This document shows, in pieces, positions 12,852 through 25,405 of a stretch of 64,000 nucleotides of DNA. A program made the translations under genes and the position numbers. The stretch is from assembly GCF_006345805.1 (NCBI RefSeq), contig NC_043000.1, positions 138,136,001 to 138,200,000 of the forward strand, in the 5' to 3' direction. The notes beneath the pieces were generated by a model, which made no database searches, was not told the DNA's origin, and worked only from the letters and a program-made list of their open reading frames with translations. This DNA is from Octopus sinensis (Eukaryota). Each line of letters starts with the position of its first letter. Positions within the stretch are counted from its first letter, which is position 1.

Positions 12852-13071
12852 CCCTTTCGTTATTGTATTTATTTTGAAATGGTCTGTGCTTCTTTCAATC
12901 ATTTTAAATATTACAAAGAATTTAGTAAAATAAGTTGGTTATCATTAAGCTAGTGTTAGGAACATAAATTGAGACTAAGGTTTGGTGGAAGATTTTAATT
13001 CAAAACTTATGGAAACAAGACATTTGTACTCAGAGCCAAAGCTGGTTTCAGCCGAGTTGGTAATGAAAGGG
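12852..13071. mobile_element. piggyBac-type MITE (220 bp)
   Basis: TTAA on both sides, TIR CCCTTTCGTTA/TAATGAAAGGG; paralog at 41944-42164. Confidence 0.85.
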
Positions 13072-13709
13072 TTAAATTGGACACACTACTGAACACACTA
13101 TTCGTACAGTAGAGTTCCTCCAGTATAAGAATAATTCCCAGTTTTATAGTGAAAAAGATAGTAAATTCAAAATACATCTGCAGAAAATATAAGAATCTGT
13201 TAAATACATTTAATATAGACTAAATTTTGAATCAGATTATCATTCAACTTAAATATGAAAATACATTTTTTAAAAATTGAATTTCTGTAACACACGTTTT
13301 ACTCATAGGAAGATGGGAATAAACTTTATTACCTAACATTATGGAATCATTTCTAAATGCAATATTAAATTTAGAGACTGATGTACTCAGATTAACTTAT
13401 ATTTTATTTTCAATAATATCACTGTTAAGAAATATTAAGGGTCATATAAAACACATTAAATGACGACCATACTCATTAAATGGTTACAGTACTTTCAATT
13501 ATAGTCATATTAGGGCATCACCTTCAACAACTTAGTTGTTCATGTCAACTTCAGTACTTATTCAATTTTGGTAATTACTTAAACCAATCTGAGCTTATGC
13601 CATATGTGCACCTGTATGAGTGGGTGTGTGTGTGCATGTGGGCATGTATGTAAATATGTAGGCATGTGTGCACATATACATATATACATATATATATATA
13701 TGATAAATG

Positions 13710-14225
13710 TGGAGGCACGTGGCTTAGTGGTTAGGATGTCAGCACCATGATCGTAAGATTGTGGATTCGATTCCTGGACTGGGAGACATGTTGTGTTCTT
13801 GAGCAAAACACTTCATTTCACGTTGCTCCAGTCCACTCAGCTGCCAAAAATGAGAAACGCTGCAATGGACAGGCGTCCCGTCCAGCTGGGGAACACATAT
13901 GCCATATAAACCAGGAGACCAGCCCATGAGCCTGCTTAAGCTTTAAAAAGGGCACATTTATTTGTGGAGGCACGTGGCTTAGTGGTTAGGGTATCAGCAC
14001 CATGATTGTAAGATTGTGGTTTCAATTCCTGTACCAGGTGACACGTTGTGTTCTTCAGCAAAACACTTTATTTCACGTTGCTCCAGTCTACTCAGCTGGC
14101 AAAAATGAATAACGCTGGAATGGACTGGTGTCCCATCCAGCTGGGGAACACATACACCAAAGAAACCTGGAAACCGGGCCCATGAGCCTGGCTAGGCTTT
14201 AAAAAGGGTGCATTTATTTTATTAT
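13710..14225 (+). mobile_element. Head-to-tail dimer of SINE family F
   Basis: Two ~255-bp tRNA-headed monomers (junction ~13962) inside one 15-bp direct repeat TATATATGATAAATG. Confidence 0.9.
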
Positions 14226-14379
14226 TATATATGATAAATGAAAGATGAAAGAGGAAATGTACAATAATTTTTATTAATCCCAACAATTGTTTCAGCACAT
14301 CTATCATCGATCCTTTAACAACTGGTTGAGGAGCATCCAGTGGTGCATGCAGATGTGTCTCATCGGATAATATATATAT

Positions 14380-14455
14380 GTGTATTTATGTATCTATGTA
14401 TGTATATACATATGTGTGTGTGTGTGTGTGTATGTGTGTGCGTGTATATATATAT

Positions 14456-14540
<85 letters not shown>
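14380..14540. repeat. (TG)n/(TA)n microsatellite
   Basis: Read directly. Confidence 0.95.
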
Positions 14541-14546
<6 letters not shown>

Positions 14547-14620
14547 CCCCAGCATGGCCACAGCTCATAAGCTGAAACTAGAATCAATCAATCAATCATA
14601 TATATATATATATATTGAAA

Positions 14621-14696
14621 AAAGCATATTACTCTACCACTGGTATTTGTGTACTCTTTTTTCCACCTTGTTTCACATTTATGTGTTTACTCCGGT
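14621..14696 (+). mobile_element. Family D fragment (putative Penelope-like pLTR piece)
   Basis: Matches 47575-47650 and 46500-46570; embedded in (TA)n. Confidence 0.6.
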
Positions 14697-14721
14697 ATAT
14701 ATATATATATATATATATATA

Positions 14722-14940
14722 TGTGGAGGCGTAATGGCCTAGTGGTTAGGGCAGCAGACTCGCGGTCGCAGGATCGCGGTTTCGATTCCCAGACCGAGCG
14801 TTGTGTGTGTTTATTGAGCGAAAACACTTAAAAGCTCCACAAGGCTCCGGCAGGGTGTGGTGATCCCTGCTGTACTCTTTCACCACTCTTTCTCCCACTC
14901 TTTCTTCTGATGGTCTGGTCGTTCACGTGATCACGTGATA
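14722..14940 (+). mobile_element. SINE family G, internally deleted
   Basis: tRNA-like head GGAGGCGTAATGGCCTAGTGGTTAGGG; lacks the middle of the full copy at 49572-49887. Confidence 0.85.
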
Positions 14941-14950
14941 TATATATATA

Positions 14951-15880
14951 TCTTATTATAAAAGGCAGATTTTATCTGCCTCCCTTTGTCACTTATAGAA
15001 ATCTACAATATAGGATTTCTTCAATTACAATTTACCTAGCATTTTTAAGAGTAGAATGCATCGGGTCATGCCAGGTCCAGTTTTTAAAATTTCAACCCCA
15101 ATTAAGCAAAATTTAGAGAAAACTCACATTGTGGTGTATGAGTCAAATGCTTCTCTTAATGTGGGCTACAGCACTCGCACACACACAGACACACAAAAAG
15201 GGAGCGATCTCATTCACTCACGCTATCACTCATTTCTACGACTTTCTCTTTGCAAGTTTGCAGCGATTAAAGTGAACCTAATTCGATAAAACGAGAGAAG
15301 TGTACCTTAAACCACTACTAAAAAAAAAAAAAAACAGCAAACAGAAACAAATAAATACATAACGATTTACTCCTCACACAATTTCTTCAATTAGAGTGTA
15401 CCCATGATTTTTCAGAGTACTTCCAGTGGGTGATGCCATAAAAAATTTCTTTCAATTTTACCACCAATTAAGACAAAATTCGAGAAAACTCAATATTTTA
15501 ACATTTCGCTCCGAAAGCATTGATGTACATGTGTGCGTGCGTGAGTGTGTGGGTGTGTCATTCCTCACACACACGCATACACATACATATATGAGAGTGG
15601 CAAACACAAACGTTTCAAACAACTACATACAAACACGTGTGTGTTTGTTATTAGTAAAAAAGGCGCCAAAACACAACTCACTTATCATTCCAACACATTT
15701 GCAAAGACACACGGACGGTCGAATTGCTAACAATACATACAGAAAAGGTAAATTGGTTTATTTTACTCTGTATATATTTTTTATATAATATTATATATAG
15801 ATATATGTATATATAATTGCAGTATGAAACAGTGTTATGTATAAACAGACGACACTTATATATAGTTATTAATAAATGTA
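14951..15880 (+). mobile_element. Second non-autonomous Helitron-like element, 5' portion
   Basis: A|TCTTATTATAAAAGGCAG 5' end typical of Helitrons; no CTAG 3' end found. Confidence 0.4.
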
Positions 15881-15893
15881 TGCATCCGTTTAA

Positions 15894-16216
15894 CCCTTTC
15901 GTTACCAAACCGCCCGAATTTACCTATTCATATTAAATGAGAATATCAGAGTAAATCTCTTTAGTACATTCGTGAAAACACGTATTAACTTCGTAAACAC
16001 TTCAAATACATTTGTACAAAATCGAAGTGTAATTTTAATTCCGTGAATTATGGGAGATTTTTTTCCGAAATTTGTTCCTATTGTGTTTTCAAAATTTGTA
16101 ATTCTGACAAAAATGGATACGAATTTCATTATATCAAGCAGCAGCAAGTCAGAATTCGAAGGATTTTCTACTGAAGACCTTCATAAATCTAACTCTATGA
16201 CTGAAAAAAAAAAGCA
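15894..16216 (+). mobile_element. 5' end of a piggyBac-like transposon with start of transposase
   Basis: TTAA|CCCTTTCGTTACC TIR shared with the 220-bp MITEs; ORF start MDTNFIISSSSKSEFEGFSTED resembles an acidic piggyBac N-terminus; cut by a Helitron. Confidence 0.55.
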
Positions 16217-16609
16217 TCTTTATATAAGAGTGAAGTTGTGTGTCTGTCTCCTACGATTTAGATTCGTAACTACTCCCACATTTTGCGGTGCAGTTTAACC
16301 AAAAGCCGGTATCTTATAGTCGTGATTCATATCAAGCCCTTCTGGGTATTAGCGCGCGTTTACGATGAGTCTACGATTGTAAAAAATTTACCATCATATT
16401 TTTCCATTTTAATGCATTTTTTCGCTTTTATATAAGGGAAGTAACTCTCTAAAAATATCTACGATGTGTCAACGATTTAAAAAAAAAATTTACCTTAATT
16501 TTTTTTCAATTTTTAATGCATTTTTTTGCTATTTTTTGGCTATAACTCTCTAAAAATGCTTATATAGTTATTTCCCTTACAACCCGAGCAACGCGGGCGA
16601 TACTGCTAG
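16217..16609 (+). mobile_element. Non-autonomous Helitron, full length
   Basis: A|TC 5' end, CCCG-AGCAACG-CGGG hairpin and CTAG|T 3' end. Confidence 0.88.
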
Positions 16610-16639
16610 TGTATATATATATGTATATATATATATATG

Positions 16640-16709
<70 letters not shown>

Positions 16710-16745
16710 GTGGTGTGTGTGTGTTTGTATATATATATATATATA
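16610..16745. repeat. (TA)n microsatellite
   Basis: Read directly. Confidence 0.95.
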
Positions 16746-16849
16746 GGGTTTGACTGTGCAGGTACGAATACAAGAATACAATGTGTTTTCATTCTTAATG
16801 TAATTATACACTGTATAAATAGTTGCTACATTCTCCAGAAACAATGTAG

Positions 16850-19140
16850 AGGTTGCCTGAATATATATGCAAGATATATCACATGCTGTGATCCATCTTC
16901 CTGTACATCTTGAACATTAACAGCCAGTCTATTCTATAGAAAGAGGTGAAGGAAAGATATTTCAAAATGCCCAAAACAGAAGCACTCTTTTTCAGCATTG
17001 TTCAGAGTAAATGAAATTGCAATGGCTGCCAGCCAGTATCTCCAATCTGAAGTTCTTTATTATGTCTTTGACAAAAGAGAAACAACATAGAAACAGAGAA
17101 TATGTGAAGGGAATAAAATGTTTTCAAGAATCTATTCAGTATCTCCGAAGCAAAGTGAGAGGTTTTACTTCAGGTTTTTTATTATTAAATATAAAAGGAA
17201 CTATAAGGTTTGATGATATTTTCACTAATGGTGATGTTATTTGCAGAAAGCATAAATCTATGAAATAATGAAAAGAAATAGTTATATAAGAAGTTGAAGT
17301 CAGAAAGCTACTACAACTGTGAGAAGTGCTTGCTATTATATGTCTCTAAAATAGACCAAGAGACTTCTCTGTGGCTAATCCAGCTGATTAGCACTATGTT
17401 CATTATCTTCTAACAGAGTACAAGACAAATGCTCATAATAATGCTTTGCATCCTATCCATTAGACACTGGTTATTCACAATCTATACTGCCCTAAGGATT
17501 AGCTGAAAGTACAATTATTTTAATGATGAAGTGAATGATGCTCATATCGAGAATTCTGCTGCTGGTCATACTAAAATACAGATTTAAAAATTAGCTGTGA
17601 AGTACGTTTATATGATGTGCACTGTGGAAAGTTTATTTGATAAACGGGCAGACCATTAGTTCTATTCCCTTATGTTCAAGTAAGATAAGCATTTAAGAAT
17701 ATTATAATTTATGTAGAAGGAATATGTAGTTATATTCAGAAACTGGTATTGCAACAGATTTGCTAAAAGACATGACAGTTCACTGTATCTTCTATATCCC
17801 TGTATACATCCTTTAATATCATGATTAGTTTTGCAAATTTCCTCAAAAGATTCTCAAGCAAAATTGCTGCTTTGATGCAAATAGATGAAATGGCAGAACT
17901 TTCTATAAATATACTATACATAAGAGATAAAATATAATGAGGAACAATAGGTCCTTTAAAGAGAAGATTCTTCTGGGTTAAATGTTTTGTCAAACAACAC
18001 AAGAGTCTTCAATGCAGTTATAATAGAGAACTGCATCAAACAACCAGCGTTAAGGGGATATGTGTAAATTCTCAGGCTCTCCACCACCATGAGAGCCCAT
18101 AATGAAGCAACAATCAACAAATGTTTTCTGCACATATGAAACAGAATTCTAAATAATGGAACCAATTTATAAACAATTCCGACCGTGGCCATTGCCAGCT
18201 TCTTCTGTTCTCCATGCCGGTAGCACGTAAAAAAGCACCATCCGATCGTGGCCGTTTGCCAGCCTCGTCTGGCATGTAAAAAGCACCCACTACACTCATG
18301 GAGTGGTTGGCATTAGGAAGGGCATCCAGCTGTAGAAACACTGCCAGATCAGACTGGGCCTGGTGCAGCCTTCTGGAAAGCGGACGTTAAACGATGATGA
18401 TGATGATGATGATGATGATGAAGTGAAATGCCACAAGAAATGGTCTCAAATGGAGAATATTGCAAAGATTGCATATGGGAATTTGCTGGCCCTTAGGAAA
18501 AAAATAGTGATTAAATTGCATTTACTTGCAAGAATGTAATCCTAATTTCAAAAACCAAAGAATTTCTGCAACCAAATAATGAAGTTCTGAATCATTTGCA
18601 TGTAAAGATTTAATATATAACAGAGAAGACACCGTTGCAAACTGAGATATGGGCCAAAATGTAAGTTAACCCAAAAAATATGATCAGGTTCTCATTAGTT
18701 GTAGTCCGTTATTGATTCAATTACAAAGCTGAAACATAATTTCAGTTCAAAAATATGTCTACTGAATGAAACTGTATTTATTGTTAGGGATTTAGCAATC
18801 CATTGCATCACAGTCCATCACTGAATAAATTACCAATGGCAACAGAAGAGATAACATATTTATACCAATTGGATTTAGCCTTGGCTGCGACCTTTACTTT
18901 GAAAAAGAAAATACAGTTTCTCATTACTGCCTTAATTGCTACGACTATTAACAAGTCTCAAAGTAAACCATATGATACATTTGAAAAATATTTGCCAAAG
19001 TTTATATTCATTCTGGGCTAATTTATGTGACTTTAAGTAAAACTAAAAACAGCAAAAAACAGTACTGCAGGAAAAAGAGTGTCAGGGTAAATTATTACCT
19101 TCCAAGATTTATCTACAAAATGTTGTTCATAGGGAACTTA
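16850..19140 (+). mobile_element. Decayed autonomous Helitron RepHel (PIF1-family helicase) remnant
   Basis: FLLLNIKGTIRFDDIFTNG (17011 ORF) and FTLKKKIQF...TTINKSQSK...YLPK (18803 ORF) match Helitron LLLxVKGATSFxDL and QFPxRLAFAMTINKSQG motifs; many stops; interrupted by a C element. Confidence 0.75.
18175..18420 (+). mobile_element. Retroposon family C, inserted in the RepHel remnant
   Basis: C core plus (GAT)n tail. Confidence 0.85.
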
Positions 19141-20069
19141 TAATCTAAATATACAGTTAATATATACATCAAGACAAAGTATGAGGTTGATTTGCTACAT
19201 TCTGAAATGTATATCATAGTAAAGATAGGTTGTACATCGTTTATATAAATGTTAACCTGTACAAAATTATGTTATGCAGTAGATATTACTGCAAATCACA
19301 GTCTGTGACACATGTCAATATTGTTGCAAAGAGCTTTCTGTTTAATACAGAGTAAAAGGCAAATAATGCTGGAAGTTGCATTATGAAATATTGTGAATAA
19401 CACTCTATATACGGTTGTATCATGTTATGAAATATAATACTGCATATAGCAACCACCTTCATAATGAGAACTGTACAAATTGTCAAATACTACGATTTGA
19501 AAACAGCATGAAATGGACTTTCTTTAAATTCAAATTGTGTCATATCATGAAACTTATAATGATATTGAAAAATTGACAATAAACCAACTTCTGTAATACT
19601 GCAAATTTAATTGTGAATTTCCTTGTCTGCCATACTATGTTATATTACAAATATTGTTCTAAAAATGCAACCTATTGAAGCATAATGTCAATATAATATT
19701 AATATACGACATGCAGTTTAATCTGGCATTTTATCAATAAATTAGGGATTATTAGTGAAGGATTGATATCACTCATTAACTTATAATACCGTAAAATGCT
19801 TCATCATTATTTTAATTGGCACTAATTGGGATCAGACATAAATGAAAAAATATCTGAACACTCATATTTTAGAAACAATTTAATAATTACATTAAATTAG
19901 CAAAATATCAATTCTATATGATGGAATTTGGTAACATTTATTTTGGTTTTTTTTAAACGTTGATGATTATGATTCAGTTCAAAACCCGTTCATAAAATCT
20001 TTATATCCACTAATCACAGAATTAAAATCTATCTATGTTAGCTGTTGACATATTTTTAGATATCTTTTA

Positions 20070-20280
20070 CAGAAGAATATTCTTCAGTAACTAAAAAAGC
20101 TTTATCTTTTTTGATTCAGCTTTCTACATCATGTTTATGTGAATCTGGAATTTCTTTACTTACAGATGCACAGAAAAAGAGTAAAAAATAGAGAGACGGA
20201 GATTTCGTAGTACTGAAAATGAAATGATGTAATGTTTTATCTTGAATACATAGAAAATGTAAAAAGAAACAACGAATTAC
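20070..20280 (+). mobile_element. hAT transposase C-terminal dimerisation-domain remnant
   Basis: Translates EEYSSVTKKALSFLIQLSTSCLCESGISLL, resembling Charlie/Buster EYPxxxKKALxxLxPFSTxYLCESGFS. Confidence 0.55.
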
Positions 20281-20483
20281 TGATAACTATGCAGCAATAA
20301 TTGAATAAACAAAGTATGTTCTTAATAATATTCTCTATTTTAAACTGTTTATATTTTTAGGCTAAAAAATACAAACAGAATTTTTTATTTTATATTCACA
20401 ATGCTTGTATTTGCTCTAAAGTACACTGTGAGCTAAAAATATTTGGTAATAACTTATTTGCTAAATATTTATTAATAGATTAA

Positions 20484-20708
20484 AAGGCGACGAACTATCA
20501 GAATCGTTAGCACGCTAGGCGAAATGCTCAGCGGTATTTCATCAGCTGTTACGTTCTGAGTTCAAATGCAGCTGAGGTCGACTTTGCCTTTCATCCTTTC
20601 GGGGTCAATTAAACAAGTACCAGTTACGCACTGGGGTCAATGTAATCGACTTAATCCCTTTGTTTGTCCTCTCTGTATTAAACCCCCCTGTGGGCAATAA
20701 AGAAATAT
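20484..20708 (+). mobile_element. SINE family A
   Basis: Full-length match; TAATAGAT flanking repeat. Confidence 0.88.
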
Positions 20709-21344
20709 AATAGATGTGGAGGTTTCACACTTTATACATAATGTTTGTGTTAGGAAATAGCCGCAGCAAATAAATTCTACAAGCATTATGGTGCATGACC
20801 TCCACTTTCTTCTTGCAACACTTTAAATAAATTCCAGCTCCTGAGAGTCATACTTTGGCAGGTGATTCTTCCAGAACAGAAAAAATTCAAGCGAATCATC
20901 CATGGATTATTGTCAAACACCCTCAAGGGAAGAAAATCTATGAACGACAATATAACACAGAAATAATTGGAGAAACTATTCACACAGAAACTTCTGAGAA
21001 ATAGATGAATCCAAGATGTCAGATCTGAAAACAAACAATTCACATAAGGTTTGGTCCTTGGGAATTAATATGAGAGATTCAATGAATAATTAAAGACTTG
21101 CACACAGTCACAGAAAACAGTATCATGGGGCAGAGGTATTATAGTATCATATAAAGTGTTCTCAGTATTGTTATATATAGATGTTTTCGATCTAGTTTGG
21201 ATTCTTTCCAATCAAATTTGATGGCAAAGAATTCAAATTTGATAGCAAAGAATCCAAACTAGATCGAAAACATCTATATATAAATCACTGCAGAAACAAA
21301 GCTTCACTTAGTTATACATTCGATGCAATTTGTTACAGTAATTA

Positions 21345-21780
21345 TAGGTGCAGGAGTGGCTGTGTGGTAAGTAGCTTGCTTACCAACCACATGGTTCCAG
21401 GTTCAGTCCCACTGTGTGGCATCTTGGGCAAGTGTCTTCTACTATAGCCTCAGGCCGACCAAAGCCTTGTGAGTGGATTTGGTAGATGGAAACTGAAAGA
21501 AGCCCATCGTGTATATATATGTGTGTGTGTGTGTGTGTGTATGTATGTGTGTGTGTATACATTTGTGCGTCTGTGTTTGTCCCCCCCAACATCGCTTGAC
21601 AACCGATTCTGGTGTGTTTACGTCCCCGTAACTTAGTGGTTCGGCAAAAGAGACTGATAGAATAAGTACTAAGCTTACAAAGAATAAGTCCTGGGGGTCA
21701 ATTTGCTCGACTACAAAGGTGGTGCTCCAGCATGGCCGCAGTCAAAATGACTGAAACGAGTAAAAGAAAAAAGAAAAAGT
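21345..21780 (+). mobile_element. SINE family B
   Basis: Full-length match. Confidence 0.9.
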
Positions 21781-22063
21781 ATGATAACTAGAATAATAAC
21801 ACATTTTTTAATCACAGGCAGGATTCCACATTTATGAGTGCATAGGATGGCAAAATGCAATGTTTAAGCATTTCATCAGTAATATGATTGATGCTGTTAT
21901 TATTTAACTGAAGCTTGGCCTTATCAAGTAAACCTATCATTAAAAGCATTCTGCCAAAAGCTTGTTGTTGGATTAGATGCTATTTTTAGGAAATCAAAGT
22001 TAGTTTGTAAACTTAGTTCTGAAATTACCAATAACCGATAGTGGCTGCTGTTGAGATCTTATA

Positions 22064-22400
22064 GTGAATATTTTGATTAATAGAAGAACAAATATGTTAT
22101 TGTTTGAGGGGGATGGTGATGCCACCTTTGATTATATCAAACAATTTATTGAACTAAGATCTAAAACTATACATGCTTTTAGTTGCGATTGTGAAAGCTA
22201 CACACTCTATATCATAAATCATCTCATTCCACGCTCTATTGTTTTCTCTGATTCTGCCACCTATATACTTGGTAACAGTAAGAATTACAATGGTGATGAA
22301 AAATAACCAGAAACACAGATTTATCAGTAAATGATTTTGTCACTCAGAATGATTTTTGCATAGAAAATTTATTTGAAATTTGCCCTAAAAAATTATATCA
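22064..22400 (+). mobile_element. Merlin (IS1016/ISXO2-like) transposase remnant
   Basis: TLYIINHLIPRSIVFSDSATY resembles Merlin TLxxxIxxHIxPGSxIxSDxWxAY; followed by a stop and decayed sequence. Confidence 0.45.
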
Positions 22401-23051
22401 ATGCACAATTAATAGATTGAAATCTCAAATTTCAATATCAGTATATGCTTTGTAAATGGTGACTAATGCTTTGTAAAAAAAAAATATTAGTTAAAAATAT
22501 GACATAAAATTTATTTCACTTCAAACTGCCACCATCTAAGAAACAATGCATGCATCCTTGTCATCTCATAAGAGCTACATCAATAGAAAAGATTTACCGT
22601 ATGTATATAATGTAGATTACTGTTAGTAAAGATGAAAGGAGATTTCAAAGATGATGAGAAAGCAATTACCAGAAGCAATAATGTTACTTAATATTTTGTG
22701 ATGACAAAGTCAATTTTTCTATGCCAAATAACTCTAGATAGGAGAGATGGAAACAGATAATACTCTCCTTTTCTCTTTCATTAAGCTTTTGGTTTTTACT
22801 TATTTCATGAGGTTGTTTTATGTTTCTTTATTTATGTCATGCATTTATCAAGAATATGTGAATTGAACAATACGAAGGCAGTGAAGACAGGATTGAGACA
22901 CAATAAATGGAATTTTCTCTCGTATAAAGGATATTTCTAAATATACTTTCCAGTAAATGGAAATATTTGGGGTGAAGCTTCAAGAAATAGTCCTTTTAAT
23001 CTAAAATTTTTTCTCTGTATAAAGTAAAATTGCAAAACTATGCATTAACAT

Positions 23052-23362
23052 ATGGAGGCACATGGCCTAGTGGTTAGAGCAACGGACTCGTGGTTGAGGG
23101 AGCATGGGTTCGAATCTCAGACCGGGCGATATGTGTGTTTATGAGCAAAGCATCTAAGCTCCACGTGGCTCTGGCAGAAGGTAATGGCGAACTTCTGCTG
23201 ACTCTTTTGCCACAACTTTCCCTCACTCTTTTCTCCTGCATCTTGCAGCTCACCTGCGACGGACTGGCATCCCATCCAGGTGGGGAACCTATACACCAAG
23301 GAAACTGGGAAACTGGCCCTATGAGCCTGGCATGGCTGGAGAAGGAACAAACAACAACAACA
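23052..23362 (+). mobile_element. SINE family H
   Basis: tRNA head, (AAC)n tail, 12-bp TSD ATGCATTAACAT. Confidence 0.9.
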
Positions 23363-23904
23363 ATGCATTAACATGTAGGGTTGCAAGAAAATAAAACATC
23401 AAACAGTGAAGGCTTAAAATGTACAACCTGATCCTGAGAAATCAAATTCTTTTCATTTTTCAAGCATGGATTATTGTCAAACACCATCAAGGAAAGAAAA
23501 TCTGTTCTAATCTATGAACGACAATATAACACAGAAATAATTGGAGAAACTATTCAAACAGAAACTTCTGAGAAATAGATGTATTCAGGATGTCAGATCT
23601 GAAAACAAACAATTCACATACAGTTTCCAAGGGGAACCAGCGTGTGGACTTCAAATTCTCTTCTGACAAGTTTTCCATTGTAGTTGAATCTCTTCATATA
23701 TGCCTCCAGTCTGGCTACTTTCATCAACCACTGAATACACAAGTATCTCCATTAATCATCTTAATTCCTCCTTTAGCAAAATACTTTAACAATAGCTGAG
23801 GAGTTCTTCCCTTCCAGTGGTCTTAAAGCATGTCAGACACTTATTTGAAACCTCTAAGTCTCTCTGCCACTACTAGATAACCATTAATCAAACATTAGGT
23901 TTTT

Positions 23905-24310
23905 TGTTTTACTTGTTTCAGTCATTTGACTGTGGCCATGCTGGAGCATTTCCTTTAGTCGAGCAAATCGACCCCAGGACTTATTCTTTGTAAGCCTAGT
24001 ACTTATTTTATAGGTCTCTTTTGCTGAATTAAGTTACAGGGACATAAACACACCAGCATCAGTTGTCAAGCAATGTGGGGAGGACAAACACAGACACACA
24101 AATGCATGCACACACACATATATATATATATAATATATATATATATACGATGGGCTTCTTTCAGTTTCTATCTACCACATCCACTCACAAGGCTTTCGTT
24201 GGCTTGAGGCTATAGTAGAAGACACTTGCCCAAGATGCCACACTGTGGGACTGAACCCAGACCCATGTGGTTGGTAAGCAAGCTACATACCACACAGCCA
24301 CTCCTCTGCC
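23905..24310 (-). mobile_element. SINE family B
   Basis: Full-length match. Confidence 0.9.
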
Positions 24311-24762
24311 TATACTATATAGGTTTATTCATTCTTTATACAGATTGTTTTTTATCCTAATGATTTTCTAGCAACCCTGTTTACCAAACAAGCAAAGTGA
24401 GGCATTTTGTTTAATTTCTGTTGACATAAGCATACAAGAGGTAGCACCAGGCTTCTTTTTCCTGGCAATTCTTGTTATTAACATCATATAATCATGATCT
24501 TTGCATACATTCTAAAACTGATGAGATCACAACAGTTGACAGTCACTTAGAACCTCTGTTGGTTAACATCTGCAGGAAAATATGAGTGGTTAGGAATTTC
24601 AAAGAGATACAGTTTTAGGAAAGAAGGATTATGTCAAATGTTTAATGAAGGCTCTAGTGTTTGAAACAGAAAGGATGACAAAAAGAAGTGAGATATATGT
24701 GTGTCAAGTTTGGGAAAAGATGAGGTATACTATCCAATAGCCAAGAAGTATATAACTAATTA

Positions 24763-24997
24763 AAGGCAGAGAGCTGGCAGAATCGTTAGCACGCCGGGCG
24801 AAATGCATAGCCGTATTTCGTCTGCCTTTACATTCTGAGTTCAAATTCTGCCAAGGTCGACTTTGCCTTTCATCCTTTCAGGGTCGATAAATAAAGTACC
24901 AGTTACGCACTAGGGTCGCTGTAATCGACTTAATCTCTTTGTCTGTCTTTGTTTGTCCCCTCTATGTTTAGCCCCTTGTGGGCAATAAAGAAATATA
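24763..24997 (+). mobile_element. SINE family A
   Basis: Full-length match; TAATTAAAG flanking repeat. Confidence 0.9.
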
Positions 24998-25194
24998 ATT
25001 AAAGTTCGGCAAAAGAATTAGATCAAAGAAACAGCTTGTCTATAAGCCATCAATTGTCATACTTCCATTTTTGCCATATTTTGTTATGATACAATGTATG
25101 ATACAATGTGTGCTTTGGCTGTATTTTTGAATACTGGAATGGTTTAAGTTTTATACTGGAATGATCCTACTTTCCAAATATCTTCATTGTGAAA

Positions 25195-25405
25195 AAGATT
25201 GGCATTAGGAAAGGCATTTGACTGTAGAAACTATGCCAAAGCAGACACTGGAGGCAGTCTTTGTGGATACTTGTCAAACTGTCCAACCCGTACCATAGAA
25301 GGTGGTTGTTAAATGATGTTGATGGCAACGATGAGGATGATGATGATGGTGGTGGTAGTGGTGGTGGTGGTGGTGGTGGTGGTGGTGATAATGATGATGG
25401 TGATG
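25195..25405 (+). mobile_element. Degenerate family C with (GAT)n/(GGT)n tail
   Basis: TGGCATTAGGAAAGGCAT core, diverged. Confidence 0.65.

Noticed and set aside
14340-16913. YIYIYI / HTHT / CVCV ORFs (also at 47600, 55418, 60022 and elsewhere)
   Set aside because: Microsatellite translations
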